Assembly: GCA_040386535.1 (NCBI GenBank)
Contig: JAZKFH010000012.1
Coordinates: forward strand, 1 to 64,000
Direction: 5' to 3'
Source: Myxococcota bacterium
GTDB taxonomy: Bacteria; Myxococcota_A; UBA796; SXON01
DNA length: 64,000 nt
Shown here: piece after piece, positions 30,650 to 41,151 of the stretch
How the letters are laid out: the number at the start of each line of letters is the position of its first letter
Position numbering within the stretch: position 1 is the stretch's first letter
The notes under the pieces: model-generated
The model's database searches: none
What the model was told of the DNA's origin: nothing
Seen by the model: only the letters and a program-made list of their open reading frames with translations
Program-made: the position numbers and the translations under genes

Positions 30650-31651
30650 ATGCGTGATCGCCACCTCCTCATCGCGTCGTCTGGCGTGGGATGGGGAATC
30701 GTGCTCCTGGACGGGCCCGACCGCTTCGAGAGCGGAGGGGCAGAACGGGGCGCGACATCCTACCGGGCAGAGCTGCTCGGCCTTCTCGCCGGGTTGCGAG
30801 AGGCCGGTGGCGGCACCGTGACGGTGCATGCGCCGAGCGAAAATCTCCAACGCCTGGGGGAGGACTGGATTCACTCCTGGGCGAAGGCCGGATGGAACAA
30901 GCGAGGTGGACCGATCGAGCAGCTGGATCTCATTCGAAGGGTCTGGGAGGCCATGGGTCTTGTTCAGACTTCGTGGGTCCGTGCCGAGCGCAACAACCGG
31001 GACTTTGACCGAGCACGGGAGCTTGCCCGTCGTGCCGCCAAGAACCCGCAGGCGGCACCAGATCCAGAGCCTGCACCGGCGACGACGCAGGCGACCCTGT
31101 CGGCGGACCCGAGCCGGGCACGGGTCGTCGCATACACCGACGGTGGCTGCAGGGGGAACCCGGGTGTCGGAGGCTGGGGCTTTCTGCTCATCGACACCAG
31201 GACGGGCCTCGGGCGGGAGCAAAGGGGTGCTGCGCGCGAGACGACCAACAACCGGATGGAGCTCACCGCCGCGATCCGAGCGTTGGACGCAGTCAACAAC
31301 CGGCGGACACCCATCGAGATCCGCACGGACAGCCAGTACGTGATCCGCGTTGCGGAGGAGTGGATGGCTGGGTGGAAGGCGCGCGGGTGGACGAAGTCGA
31401 CCGGCGAGGAGGTGATGAACCTCGACCTCGTGCGAGAGCTCGATGCCCTGATGCACGGCCGACACGTCGTGTGGCGGTGGGTGCGCGGCCACAGCGGCGA
31501 ACCCGGCAACGAGTACGTGGACGCGCTCGCCAACCGGGCGATGGACGATCACCTGGCCGGCCGCGAAGCGCCCGTTGATCAGCGGCACGAGAGGAGCCCT
31601 GTCCTCGTGCAACGCCTTGCCGTTGACGAGAAGGCGGCGTCGGAGAGCTGA
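30650..31651 (+). CDS. rnhA: Ribonuclease HI with an additional degenerate N-terminal RNase H domain
   Basis: C-domain YTDGGCRGNPG, TTNNRMEL, TDSQYV, WVRGHSG..GNEYVDALA; the N-domain repeats the layout without the catalytic Asp residues. Confidence 0.88.
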   Translation: MRDRHLLIASSGVGWGIVLLDGPDRFESGGAERGATSYRAELLGLLAGLREAGGGTVTVHAPSENLQRLGEDWIHSWAKAGWNKRGGPIEQLDLIRRVWEAMGLVQTSWVRAERNNRDFDRARELARRAAKNPQAAPDPEPAPATTQATLSADPSRARVVAYTDGGCRGNPGVGGWGFLLIDTRTGLGREQRGAARETTNNRMELTAAIRALDAVNNRRTPIEIRTDSQYVIRVAEEWMAGWKARGWTKSTGEEVMNLDLVRELDALMHGRHVVWRWVRGHSGEPGNEYVDALANRAMDDHLAGREAPVDQRHERSPVLVQRLAVDEKAASES

Positions 31652-31720
31652 CGGATGGCTCCGCCCGCGGTTCGACTGCTCGTCGCCTCTCCGACCCTGA
31701 GACGGAAGACGGACCTCGGC

Positions 31721-32524
31721 CTATCGCGTGGTGACCTCGACCAAGACGTTCCCGAACTCCGTCGCGATCGTCGCCGTGTAGACGTCGCCGATGGGGGTCG
31801 TCTCCGCGCCTCCCCAAGTGCGCGTCGTCCAACGGAGGGTGGCGGTCGCCGTCCCGTCGACGCTGGCCGGCATGGTGGTCCAGCTCACGCCCGTCTGGTA
31901 CTCGGTCGCGCCGTTGATGAAGTAGGTGCGCATGTCGTCGCCGGGGGTCATGGACAGGGCGCATCCGGTGAGCGTCACGGTGATGTCCGAGCTGGTAGCG
32001 TGATCCACAGTCGTGGAAGACGGGGAGGCGACGATCCCCGTGCACGGCTCTTCGAAGACGTACCCGGCAGCCAACATGCCGGTGCCGCCGGCCGCGTCGA
32101 CGACCACGTCGACCGGGCCCTCGGATGCGGAGGCAGGGCTGACCACGGTCAGGGTCGTGCTGGTCCAGGCATCAACCCGCCCGCGTCCCGCATGTCCGAA
32201 CACGACGCTCGCGCTCGCGTCGAACGGACCGCCGTAGACCGTCACGGTCTCGCCGCCCTCCGTCGAGCCCATGGACGGTGACACCAGGTCCACGGCCAGC
32301 ACCAGGGGGATGTCGCTGGTCTCCCCGGTGTCATGCACGCTCGTGTCGAGCGCGGTGTCGGTGTCGGTGTCGGTATCGACGTCGGTGTCGGCGTCGGTAT
32401 CGGCCGTGTCCACCGGGTCGGTGTCCGCAGCCGTATCGTCGCGGTCGCGTCGTGGCTGGTCCGAGTCGCCGAGGGTGACGCGCGAGGGCACGCAGGACAG
32501 CAACACGAGCAGAGGGAGGAACAT
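31721..32524 (-). CDS. Lipoprotein with Asp/Thr-repeat linker and IPT/TIG-like domain
   Basis: Lipobox LLSC; DTDADTDVDTDTDTD; VSPSMGSTEGGETVTVYGGPF. Confidence 0.8.
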   Translation of the reverse strand: MFLPLLVLLSCVPSRVTLGDSDQPRRDRDDTAADTDPVDTADTDADTDVDTDTDTDTALDTSVHDTGETSDIPLVLAVDLVSPSMGSTEGGETVTVYGGPFDASASVVFGHAGRGRVDAWTSTTLTVVSPASASEGPVDVVVDAAGGTGMLAAGYVFEEPCTGIVASPSSTTVDHATSSDITVTLTGCALSMTPGDDMRTYFINGATEYQTGVSWTTMPASVDGTATATLRWTTRTWGGAETTPIGDVYTATIATEFGNVLVEVTTR

Positions 32525-32655
32525 GGCGGCTCCAGCCGTCGGCGCGATGTGGGCCGCACGGGAAGAGCAGTATCCCGTTGTTTGCCCTTTAGCGCAACAG
32601 TATGAAGCCCTTTGGGGCCTGTCGCCGCCTCGGGCGTTCCCCTACGTTCGGCGCC

Positions 32656-33081
32656 ATGACGCGTCGTTCCTCGGGCCTCGCGACCCGACGGGTCGGCCAG
32701 CGCATTCGCACCATCCGCGTCGGGGCCGGCCTCACCCTCGACACGCTCGCCGAACGCACCGGGATGACGCCGGCCCGCATCTCGCGCGTCGAGCGGGGCG
32801 TCCAGTCACCGACGGTGAACACGCTGGAGCGCCTCGCTGACGGCCTGGGCGTCGACCTCAGCAGCTTCTTCTGGAGCGCCCCGGCCGCTGGCCGCTTCGG
32901 GAGCGACCAGATCCCCGAGAAGGTCCGGGAGATCGTCGTCGAGCTCTTCCACCGCACGGATGAGGACCTCTTGCGCGCGAAGATCCTGCTCCACACCCTG
33001 TTCGCCGAAGCCACGCGGCTGCGCGACCCGACCCTCGGCGACCCGTCGGGGGCAGAGCCACCGGACGACGAGAACCGGTAG
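32656..33081 (+). CDS. XRE-family HTH transcriptional regulator
   Basis: GQRIRTIR..GLTLDTLAERTG....ISRVERG..SPTVNTLERLADGLGV. Confidence 0.9.
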   Translation: MTRRSSGLATRRVGQRIRTIRVGAGLTLDTLAERTGMTPARISRVERGVQSPTVNTLERLADGLGVDLSSFFWSAPAAGRFGSDQIPEKVREIVVELFHRTDEDLLRAKILLHTLFAEATRLRDPTLGDPSGAEPPDDENR

Positions 33082-33335
33082 ACGACGGGGAAGTACGAGA
33101 CGTAGTCGAGCAGCGCCCGGGGCGATGCTGGCCGGCACGCCGATGCGGGAGACCCCGGCACGCCCGCCAGCCGGAGTCGGAGCAGAGCCGGCTTGTGGCC
33201 GACCTCCGCGTCTCCTGCCTTCGCGGGGCAGGGGCAAAAGAGCTGGCACGCGGGCAGCGTTCGGGTACAGCCCCGGGGTACAAGCCGCTATGATGCGCAT
33301 CACTACGGCAACAAACCTGAAGTTCGACTTCTGAT

Positions 33336-34283
33336 GTGGTCGCGGCCGGCCGTCGCCTGACCGCGGGGCCGGGCGCCCGCCGCGTCGTCCCCCTCCGAGG
33401 TCTCGTGGAACAGCCCACCGCCCCCCCTTTCGATCCCCCCGCCGCTCTCGAGACGCGCACCACCTGGCGGCTCGTCATCGAGTACGACGGGCGTGCCTTC
33501 TCCGGCTTCCAACGCCAGGCCGGGCCCCGCACCGTGCAGGAGACGCTGGAGGATGCGCTCAAGCGCTTCTTCGGCGGCGAGCGCATCATCGTGCATGGGT
33601 CGGGCCGCACCGACGCCGGCGTGCATGCCCTCGGCCAGGTCGTGAGCTTCCGGGCACAGACGCCGCGGGATCCGGTGAAGCTGCGGCTGGCGCTCAACGG
33701 GATGCTCCCGCCCGACCTTGCCTGCATCGAGGCGGCCGTGGCGCCGCACCGCTTCCACGCGCGCATGTCCGCGCGCGGCAAGACCTACCGCTACGTCGTC
33801 CTGGCGCGGCCGGACCGGTCGCCGTTCCACGTCGGACGGGGCTGGTACGTCCGCCTGCCGGTGGACTGGGAGAGGGTCCGCGCCACGCTCGACCTGCTCC
33901 GCGGCACGCACGACTTCACGGCCTTCCGCGCGTCGTCGTGCAACAATCCGCGGACCGTCCGCACGATCGAGCGCGCGGAACACCTCGTGCGCGGCGCGGA
34001 GCACCACCTCGAGTTCGAGGGAGGGGGCTTCTTGCGCTACCAGGTGCGCATCATGGTCGGGACCGCGATCGAGGTCGGTCTCGGCCGGCGAACGCTCGAC
34101 CAGGTGCTCGCGGCGCTCGCGACGGGGCAGCGCTCGCTCGCCGGACGCACGGCGCCCCCGGATGGCCTGTACCTCGTCGAGGTGCGGTATCCGGCGGACG
34201 CGGTGCGGGTCGATGTGGGCCAGGAAACAGCGGGGGTCGACGTGTCGGGCGCCGATACGGCGGAACCCGACGACGAGGACTAG
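33336..34283 (+). CDS. truA: tRNA pseudouridine(38-40) synthase
   Basis: EYDGRAFSGFQRQ, GSGRTDAGVHA, FHAR, FLRYQVR, TAPPDGLYL; true start may lie downstream. Confidence 0.95.
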   Translation: MVAAGRRLTAGPGARRVVPLRGLVEQPTAPPFDPPAALETRTTWRLVIEYDGRAFSGFQRQAGPRTVQETLEDALKRFFGGERIIVHGSGRTDAGVHALGQVVSFRAQTPRDPVKLRLALNGMLPPDLACIEAAVAPHRFHARMSARGKTYRYVVLARPDRSPFHVGRGWYVRLPVDWERVRATLDLLRGTHDFTAFRASSCNNPRTVRTIERAEHLVRGAEHHLEFEGGGFLRYQVRIMVGTAIEVGLGRRTLDQVLAALATGQRSLAGRTAPPDGLYLVEVRYPADAVRVDVGQETAGVDVSGADTAEPDDED

Positions 34284-34292
34284 CAGCGGTGG

Positions 34293-34607
34293 CTAGTCCT
34301 CTTCCTCGACCTCGGCGCTCTCGCCGAGATCCTCGTCTTCCTCGTCGATCTCGTCGGCCTCGTCGGCCTCGACATCGTCCTCCACTTCTTCCTCGTCGGC
34401 CTCGAAGTCCTCACGGGCCGCGCCCTTGGTCATGCCGCCCTTGCCCTTGAAGCGGGCGAGGATGGCCTCACGCGGATCAGGGTTCGGGTTCTCGCGCTGG
34501 TCGGCGCCACACTTGGGGCACAACGGCTCAGGGCGATTGAGATCGTAAAACTTCAGGCCGCACTGGAAGCACTGGAAGCGCTTGCCGAGCTTGCTCTTGT
34601 CCTGCAT
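34293..34607 (-). CDS. FYDLN-acid domain protein (TIGR02300-like)
   Basis: [28 protein letters not shown] followed by an acidic tail. Confidence 0.9.
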   Translation of the reverse strand: MQDKSKLGKRFQCFQCGLKFYDLNRPEPLCPKCGADQRENPNPDPREAILARFKGKGGMTKGAAREDFEADEEEVEDDVEADEADEIDEEDEDLGESAEVEEED

Positions 34608-34716
34608 GGGTCTCCGGAGACGCGAGCCGCCCTCTTTACTTACCCCCTGGGGCGCGTCAACCCTGCCGCGGCCCGGAGCGTGGGATATCCTCGCGTCGCC
34701 TCGCTGGAGACCGTCG

Positions 34717-36183
34717 ATGCGCCTCGTTCCGCCCGTGTTGATCGCCCTCTTCGCCGCGTGCACCGGTGACACGGCAGAGGACGAGGCCACCCACGACGTC
34801 CGGGTGGATCACAACACGAAGGAGGACAGCGTCGAGTCGATCGTGCCGCGCTCCTGCTTCACCGACGGGCGCCTCGCGGTGGTGTGGCAGGACGATCGGG
34901 ATGGCGTGCCGGGCATCTGGTTCAACGCCAGCACGGACGCCGGCGCCACCTGGATGACAGCCGACATCGCGCTCGATGTCGGCGAGCTGGGCGCCTTCGC
35001 GCCCGACATCGCCTGCGCGGGGGACACGATCTACGTGGTCTGGGAGGACGAGCGCGACGGCGACCTCCGCTACCGCAACATCTACGCGAACGTCTCCTCC
35101 GACGGCGGCCGGACGTGGCTCGCAGAGGACGTGCGGATCGACGGCGACCTCGAGGGGGAGGCCATGAGCCTCGCGCCCCGTGTCGTCGCCGCGGGTGACT
35201 CCGCGTACGTCGCCTGGTTCGACAACCGGGACGGCGCCTACGACATCTACGTCCAGGCCACCCGCGACAGCGGCGCCAGCTGGCTCGAAGCGCCCACGCG
35301 CGTCGACACGGACGACGCGGGCGAGGCCTACAGCGCGTGGCCGCGCCTCGCGGCGGATGACGACGGGCGGGTCGTCGTGACGTGGGAGGACAGCCGCGCG
35401 GGGGCATCCGACATCTACGCCAACGTCTCGACGGACGGCGGGGCCAGCTTCGCGGACGAGGATGCTCGCCTCGACGGCGGCGAGGAGGGCGGCGAGAGCA
35501 ACAGCTTCCTCCCGTCCCTGGCGATGGCGAACGGCCACGCGTACGTCGTGTGGCACGACGAGCGGAACGGCGACAAGCGCGACGTGTTCGTCAACACTTC
35601 TTCGGACGGCGGTGAGTCCTGGCGGGACGAGCCGCGCCGGGTGGAGAGTGACGCGGAGGGCCAGAGCGACGCGATCAATCCCGTCGTGGCCGCCGTGGGA
35701 GACCGCGTGCACATCGCCTGGCAGGACGATCGGTCCGGCGGGTACGACATCTATCACCGCTACTCCCCCGACAACGGCGGCGAGTGGGCGGGTGAAGAGG
35801 TCCGGATGGATCGCGACGCCGGCGGCGAGTCCCAGAGCTTCGAGCCCACGCTGTTCCTGCAAGGGGACACGGTGCTCGTGGGGTGGGAGGACCGTCGTGC
35901 CGACGGTGGAGAGGTCGGCTTCAACGACCTCTACTACAACTACTCGGCGGACGGCGGGGAGAACTGGAACCTCGAGGATCTCCGGATCAACTCGAACAAG
36001 CCCGGCAGCGCCTACTCGCTCGACCTCGCGCTCGGCCTCGCGGACGGCGGCATCGTCGCGGTGTGGGCGGACGGCCGGTTCGGCTCGAGCGACATCTTCT
36101 GCGCGAACCGCGCCCTCGGTGAGGAGAGCCGGTACGTGGCGCCCCCGGAGCCCGAAGAGGGCGCCGAGTCGGAGGCCCGGTAA
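34717..36183 (+). CDS. BNR/Asp-box (sialidase-like) beta-propeller lipoprotein
   Basis: Repeated VVWxDxR...DIY...SxDGGxxW units; lipobox FAAC. Confidence 0.88.
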   Translation: MRLVPPVLIALFAACTGDTAEDEATHDVRVDHNTKEDSVESIVPRSCFTDGRLAVVWQDDRDGVPGIWFNASTDAGATWMTADIALDVGELGAFAPDIACAGDTIYVVWEDERDGDLRYRNIYANVSSDGGRTWLAEDVRIDGDLEGEAMSLAPRVVAAGDSAYVAWFDNRDGAYDIYVQATRDSGASWLEAPTRVDTDDAGEAYSAWPRLAADDDGRVVVTWEDSRAGASDIYANVSTDGGASFADEDARLDGGEEGGESNSFLPSLAMANGHAYVVWHDERNGDKRDVFVNTSSDGGESWRDEPRRVESDAEGQSDAINPVVAAVGDRVHIAWQDDRSGGYDIYHRYSPDNGGEWAGEEVRMDRDAGGESQSFEPTLFLQGDTVLVGWEDRRADGGEVGFNDLYYNYSADGGENWNLEDLRINSNKPGSAYSLDLALGLADGGIVAVWADGRFGSSDIFCANRALGEESRYVAPPEPEEGAESEAR

Positions 36184-36185
36184 TC

Positions 36186-37592
36186 GTGTTCCTCGCGGCC
36201 CTGCTGGCCTGTGGCCCGGGCGCGCCGCCCGATCCCCGGCCCGCGCTCACGGCTCGCCTGGCGGCGTCGGTGTCGGGGCCCACACCGTCCTCCGCGGAGC
36301 TGGTCGAGCAGGTCCTGCTCGGCCAGCTCCCCGCGGCCTGTACGGGCGCGAAGGTCCGCGCGGCGCGCGTCGGTGAGGAGGAGGATTGGCGCCTGCTGCT
36401 GCTCGTCTCTTCGCGCGCGTTGCCGGCGGCCTGCATCGCCCCGGAGGAGGGCGACACGCTCGCCGCGTGGGCCGCGCCCAAGGAGGGGTGGCGCGGGGCG
36501 CGTGCCGAGTGGATCAGCGGCCGCGGCGACGAGTCGGGCGCGGTTGCGGCGCTCGGTCCCGGCGGCGAGGACGCGTCGCGACTTCGCCTGGCGCTCGCCC
36601 GTGGAGATGGAGACGCGGTGCGCCTCGCGGCGGAGGGCGCGCTCGTCGAGGAGCCGCGGGACGTGCTCGCGTGCCGCACCGTGGCGGCCGCGGCCCTCGC
36701 CGAGGGGGATGCCGCGTGGGCCATCGAGACGACAGCGTGTGGCGGGCTCGGCGCGCGGGCCCCGGAGCTGGTGCGCATCCGTGCCGACGCGCTCGACCGG
36801 GTGGGCGATCACGCCGCGGCCGAGGCCGCGTACGCGAGCATGGGGGCCAACGTGCACCGGGCCGTCCTGCTCTACCAGGAGGCGCCGACGCCCGAGCGGC
36901 TCGCCGAAGCCGGCCGGCTGCTCGCTTCGGGGCCGGAGGGCCGCCCGCCGCCCGCCGCGCTGCACGCGACGTGGATGGCGCTGATGCACGGCGGCACGCC
37001 TTCGCTCGAGGGCCTCGACCAGGGCCTCCCGGCGCTGCTCGCCCGCGCGCTGGTGCGGGGGGACGACGCGGACCTGGTGGCGTTGCAGGACATGCCCGGC
37101 GCGCCGGCCGCGGTCGTGCGGGCCCGGCTCCACGCCGCCCGCGGCGACCGTGCGCGGACCGAGGCGGCGCTCGCGGACGCCCTCGAAGCGGCCCCTTCCG
37201 CCGAGCCCGTGCACCGCGCGCGGATCGGGTTGCTCCTCGCCGTGAAGGGGAACGTCGACGCGGCGCTCGCCGACTGGGCCGCGCAGGATCCGGACGTCGT
37301 CGCCGCGGTCGGCGGCCGCGGAAGCCGGGACCTTCCGTGGGCGGCGCTCGTCCCGGAGACCTGGGAAGGGCTCGCGGCCCGGCATCCCGATCCGCGGATG
37401 CGATCGGACGCACCCGCCGGTGCCGATGCGATCGGCGCCCGGATCCGCGCCGCACGTGCACTATCCGACACTCGTGCGCGCGCGGACGCACTCGCGTCGT
37501 TGATGTCGGACATTCCCGGCCTTGACGCGCTGCTCTCGGAACGCTACCAATCCGGCCCTTCGCCCCCAAACGTCCCGGACCGGGATCCTTGA
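36186..37592 (+). CDS. Hypothetical Ala-rich helical (TPR-like) lipoprotein
   Basis: Lipobox LLAC; follows the previous gene after 2 nt. Confidence 0.65.
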   Translation: MFLAALLACGPGAPPDPRPALTARLAASVSGPTPSSAELVEQVLLGQLPAACTGAKVRAARVGEEEDWRLLLLVSSRALPAACIAPEEGDTLAAWAAPKEGWRGARAEWISGRGDESGAVAALGPGGEDASRLRLALARGDGDAVRLAAEGALVEEPRDVLACRTVAAAALAEGDAAWAIETTACGGLGARAPELVRIRADALDRVGDHAAAEAAYASMGANVHRAVLLYQEAPTPERLAEAGRLLASGPEGRPPPAALHATWMALMHGGTPSLEGLDQGLPALLARALVRGDDADLVALQDMPGAPAAVVRARLHAARGDRARTEAALADALEAAPSAEPVHRARIGLLLAVKGNVDAALADWAAQDPDVVAAVGGRGSRDLPWAALVPETWEGLAARHPDPRMRSDAPAGADAIGARIRAARALSDTRARADALASLMSDIPGLDALLSERYQSGPSPPNVPDRDP

Positions 37593-37617
37593 CGTCCGGG
37601 AGGCCGCCGGATAAGCG
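37589..37617 (+). promoter_or_regulatory. Promoter of rplM-rpsI
   Basis: TTGACG-N17-TAAGCG. Confidence 0.55.
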
Positions 37618-37672
37618 CCGCCGGTTCCGACCCTGCCCCTCCTCGAAGAGGGGCGCAGCCTACGGATTTTCC

Positions 37673-38125
37673 ATGATCGAGCATCACAGCTGGACCACCC
37701 ACTCGACGAAGGCCTCCGAGCTCGCGCCCGAGTGGTTCATCGTCGACGCAGAGGGCATGACCCTCGGCCGCCTCGCCACGCGCATCTCTCGGGTGTTGCA
37801 GGGCAAGCACAAGGCTTCCTACACGGCGCACGTCGACGCGGGCGACTTCGTCGTCGTCGTCAACTGCGAGAAGGTTGTGCTGACGGGCCGCAAGCTCGAT
37901 CAGAAGAAGTACCACGCCTACTCCGGGTACAAGGGTGGCTTGCGCTCCGTCACGGCGCGCCGCCAGCTCGAGACCCACCCCGAGCGCGTCCTGACCGCGG
38001 CCGTGCAGGGCATGGTCCCGGGCACGCGCCTCGGTCGCGTCATGCTCGGCAAGCTCAAGGTCTACGCCGGCCCGACGCACCCCCACGTCGCCCAGCAGCC
38101 CCGTCCCTTCCCCGACCACCTCTGA
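37673..38125 (+). CDS. rplM: 50S ribosomal protein L13
   Basis: WFIVDAEGMTLGRLA, GKHK..YT.HVD.GDFVVVVN, KLKVYAGPTHPH. Confidence 0.98.
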   Translation: MIEHHSWTTHSTKASELAPEWFIVDAEGMTLGRLATRISRVLQGKHKASYTAHVDAGDFVVVVNCEKVVLTGRKLDQKKYHAYSGYKGGLRSVTARRQLETHPERVLTAAVQGMVPGTRLGRVMLGKLKVYAGPTHPHVAQQPRPFPDHL

Positions 38126-38131
38126 GAGCCC

Positions 38132-38530
38132 ATGCGCAACGCACCCGTTCAATACTACGCGACCGGTCGCCGCAAGACCGCCGCAGCTCGCGTCTTCCTT
38201 CGCCCCGGCACCGGCGCGATCAAGGTCAACGCTCGTGACATCGAAGTCTACTTCGAGCGCGCCACGGCGAAGATGATCGTGCGCCAGCCGGCGCTCCTCA
38301 TCGGCGCTCCCGACCGTTACGACGTGTTCGTGACCGTCGCCGGTGGTGGCAAGTCCGGCCAGGCCGAAGCGATCCGCATGGGCATTGCCCGCGCGCTCTG
38401 CGTCGCGAACCCGACCGACCGCACCGAGCTCAAGCGCGCCGGCTTCCTCCGCCGCGACGACCGCATGGTCGAGCGCAAGAAGTACGGTCGCCCCGGCGCC
38501 CGCAAGCGCTTCCAGTTCAGCAAGCGCTGA
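38132..38530 (+). CDS. rpsI: 30S ribosomal protein S9
   Basis: [36 protein letters not shown]. Confidence 0.99.
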   Translation: MRNAPVQYYATGRRKTAAARVFLRPGTGAIKVNARDIEVYFERATAKMIVRQPALLIGAPDRYDVFVTVAGGGKSGQAEAIRMGIARALCVANPTDRTELKRAGFLRRDDRMVERKKYGRPGARKRFQFSKR

Positions 38531-38546
38531 TCCGAACGCACCCGTC

Positions 38547-38578
38547 AGCCCCGTACGGCTCGTCCGCACGGGGCTTTC
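38547..38578 (+). terminator. Stem-loop after rpsI
   Basis: AGCCCCGT...ACGGGGCT followed by only a short T run. Confidence 0.5.
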
Positions 38579-38597
38579 GTGTGCCTGGAGTACACTG

Positions 38598-39293
38598 ATG
38601 GTCCTCGCGGTCATCCCCGCTCGTTTCGCGAGCACCCGCCTGCCCGGCAAGGCGCTGGCGGATCTCGCCGGAACCCCCATGGTCGTCCGCGTCTGGGAGC
38701 GGGTGCGCCGTGCCGAGGGGATCGACCGGGTGATCGTCGCCACGGATGACATGCGCATCGCCGAGGTGGTCCGGGCGCGCGGGGGCGAGGTCGTGATGAC
38801 CGGCCCGTGCGTGAGCGGCACCGACCGGGTGGCCGAAGCGGCGCGGAACCGCGGCGCCCGCGTCGTCGTGAACGTGCAGGGAGACGAGCCCTTCGTCGAC
38901 CCCACGGACATCACGCGCGTGGCCGCCGCCGTGAGCGACAGCACCCCGATCGCGACCGCCGCAACGCCCCTGACCGAGGGGGTCGAGGACCCCTCCCGCG
39001 TGAAGGTCGTTTGCGACGAAGCAGGACGCGCGCTCTACTTCTCGCGGCAGCCGATCCCGCATGGAGGGCCCTGGCGCCTGCACGTGGGGCTGTACGCCTT
39101 CACCGCCGCCGCGCTCGAGGCGCTCGCCGGGCTCCCGCCGTCCTTCCTGGAGAAGGCGGAGCGCCTGGAGCAGCTCCGTTGGTTGGAGGCCGGCTATCGC
39201 ATCCGCGTGGTCGCCATTCCCCAGGGCCCGCCCTCCGTGGACACCCCGGCGGACCTCGCGCAGGCCCGCGCGCACCTCGCGCGCCGGTCGTAA
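38598..39293 (+). CDS. kdsB: 3-deoxy-manno-octulosonate cytidylyltransferase
   Basis: [36 protein letters not shown]. Confidence 0.96.
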   Translation: MVLAVIPARFASTRLPGKALADLAGTPMVVRVWERVRRAEGIDRVIVATDDMRIAEVVRARGGEVVMTGPCVSGTDRVAEAARNRGARVVVNVQGDEPFVDPTDITRVAAAVSDSTPIATAATPLTEGVEDPSRVKVVCDEAGRALYFSRQPIPHGGPWRLHVGLYAFTAAALEALAGLPPSFLEKAERLEQLRWLEAGYRIRVVAIPQGPPSVDTPADLAQARAHLARRS

Positions 39294-39321
39294 CGGCGGG
39301 ATTCACGGGCGCACGAGCTCG

Positions 39322-39362
39322 GCGCGACATCCGCGCGACATCCGCGCGACATCGGATGTCGC
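39322..39362. repeat. Three tandem 11-bp units plus one inverted unit
   Basis: (GCGCGACATCC)x2, GCGCGACATC, then GGATGTCGC, between kdsB and pyrG. Confidence 0.85.
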
Positions 39363-39507
39363 TTCTGGCAGCCAACGGGGCGCGCACGGAGTAGAAGGGG
39401 GGCGTGCTGCTCGCGCTGTACCCCCGCCGTATGAGGATGCTCTCGGCGGAATCGTCTCTTCGCGGCGCGCCCCACCGGCACCGTCCCAGGCCTCGAGGAG
39501 TCCGCCC

Positions 39508-41151
39508 ATGAAGACCAAGTACATGTTCGTCACGGGTGGAGTGCTCTCCTCGCTCGGGAAGGGCCTCTCCGCGGCCGCGATCGGCGCGTTGATGGAGGCC
39601 CGCGGCTTCCGCGTCGCCAACGTCAAGATGGACCCCTACCTCAACGTCGACCCCGGCACGATGAGCCCGTACCAGCACGGGGAGGTCTTCGTCACGGAGG
39701 ACGGCGCGGAGACCGACCTCGATCTCGGGCACTACGAGCGCTTCGTCGCCCGCCCGACCAGCCAGAAGAACAGCTTCACGACGGGCCGCATCTACCGCAA
39801 CGTCATCGAGCGCGAGCGCCGTGGCGAGTACCTCGGGCGCACCGTGCAGGTCATCCCGCACATCACCGACGAGATCAAGCGCCTGATCCTCGAGGCCGTG
39901 TCCGAGGTCGACATCGCCATCATCGAGATCGGCGGCACCGTGGGCGACATCGAGTCCCTGCCGTTCCTCGAGGCGATCCGGCAGATGCGCGCCGATGTCG
40001 GCCCCGAGAACGTGCTCTACATCCACGTCACGCTCGTCCCGTACATCAAGGCGGCGGGCGAGATGAAGACCAAGCCGACGCAGCACTCGGTGAAGGAGCT
40101 GCTCTCGATCGGGATCCAGCCCGACATCCTCGTGTGTCGCAGCGAGATGGAGATCCCAAAGGATCTCCGCCAGAAGATCGCCAGCTTCTGCAACGTCGGC
40201 GTGCACGACGTCATCAGCGCGCCGGACGTGAAGAACATCTACGAGCTGCCCCTGGTCTTCCACGAACAGGGCCTCGACGATCGGCTCCTCCAGCGCCTGA
40301 ACGCCTGGGCGATGAAGCCGCACCTCGAGAAGTGGGTGGACTACTGCGATCGCGCGCGGCACCCCCACAACACCGTGCGGGTCGCGGTCGTGGGCAAGTA
40401 CGTCCACCTCACCGACACCTACAAGAGCCTCAACGAGGCCCTCGCGCATGGCGGCATCGCCAACGACGCGAAGATCGATCTGCGCTACGTCGACTCCGAG
40501 GAGATCGACGCGAGCCACGTGGCCGCGCTGCTTAACGGGGTCGACGCGGTGCTCATCCCCGGCGGGTTCGGCAGCCGCGGCGTCGAGGGCAAGATCCTCG
40601 CCATCCGCCACGCGCGCGAGCACGGCATCCCGTTCTTCGGCATCTGCCTTGGGCTCCAGCTCGCCGTGGTGGAGTACCTCCGCAATGTCGGCGGCATCCC
40701 CGACGCCCACTCCGCCGAGTTCGCCCCGCAGGCCGCCAACCCCGTCGTCCACATGATGGACGACCAGCGGCGGGTCGTCGATCTCGGCGGCACCATGCGC
40801 CTCGGCACGTACCCGTGCGTGCTCCGCCACTCCTCACGGGCCCGCCAGGTGTACGGCGCCGACGAGATCCAGGAGCGCCACCGCCACCGCTACGAGGTCA
40901 ACCCGGCCTACCACGCGCGCCTGGAGGAGGCGGGCATGGTGATCTCCGGCACCTCGCCCGACGGCAAGCTCGTCGAGATGATCGAGATCCCGAGCCACCC
41001 CTACTTCGTCGCCTGCCAGTTCCACCCCGAGTTCAAGAGCCGGCCCCTCGCGCCGCATCCGCTCTTCACGGGGTTCATCCGCGCGGCCCTCGAGCGGCAG
41101 GTTCGCGGCGGGCGTGAGGAAGCGCTCGCGGGGCCGTCGGCGTCGGCGTGA
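39508..41151 (+). CDS. pyrG: CTP synthase
   Basis: [42 protein letters not shown]. Confidence 0.99.
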   Translation: MKTKYMFVTGGVLSSLGKGLSAAAIGALMEARGFRVANVKMDPYLNVDPGTMSPYQHGEVFVTEDGAETDLDLGHYERFVARPTSQKNSFTTGRIYRNVIERERRGEYLGRTVQVIPHITDEIKRLILEAVSEVDIAIIEIGGTVGDIESLPFLEAIRQMRADVGPENVLYIHVTLVPYIKAAGEMKTKPTQHSVKELLSIGIQPDILVCRSEMEIPKDLRQKIASFCNVGVHDVISAPDVKNIYELPLVFHEQGLDDRLLQRLNAWAMKPHLEKWVDYCDRARHPHNTVRVAVVGKYVHLTDTYKSLNEALAHGGIANDAKIDLRYVDSEEIDASHVAALLNGVDAVLIPGGFGSRGVEGKILAIRHAREHGIPFFGICLGLQLAVVEYLRNVGGIPDAHSAEFAPQAANPVVHMMDDQRRVVDLGGTMRLGTYPCVLRHSSRARQVYGADEIQERHRHRYEVNPAYHARLEEAGMVISGTSPDGKLVEMIEIPSHPYFVACQFHPEFKSRPLAPHPLFTGFIRAALERQVRGGREEALAGPSASA

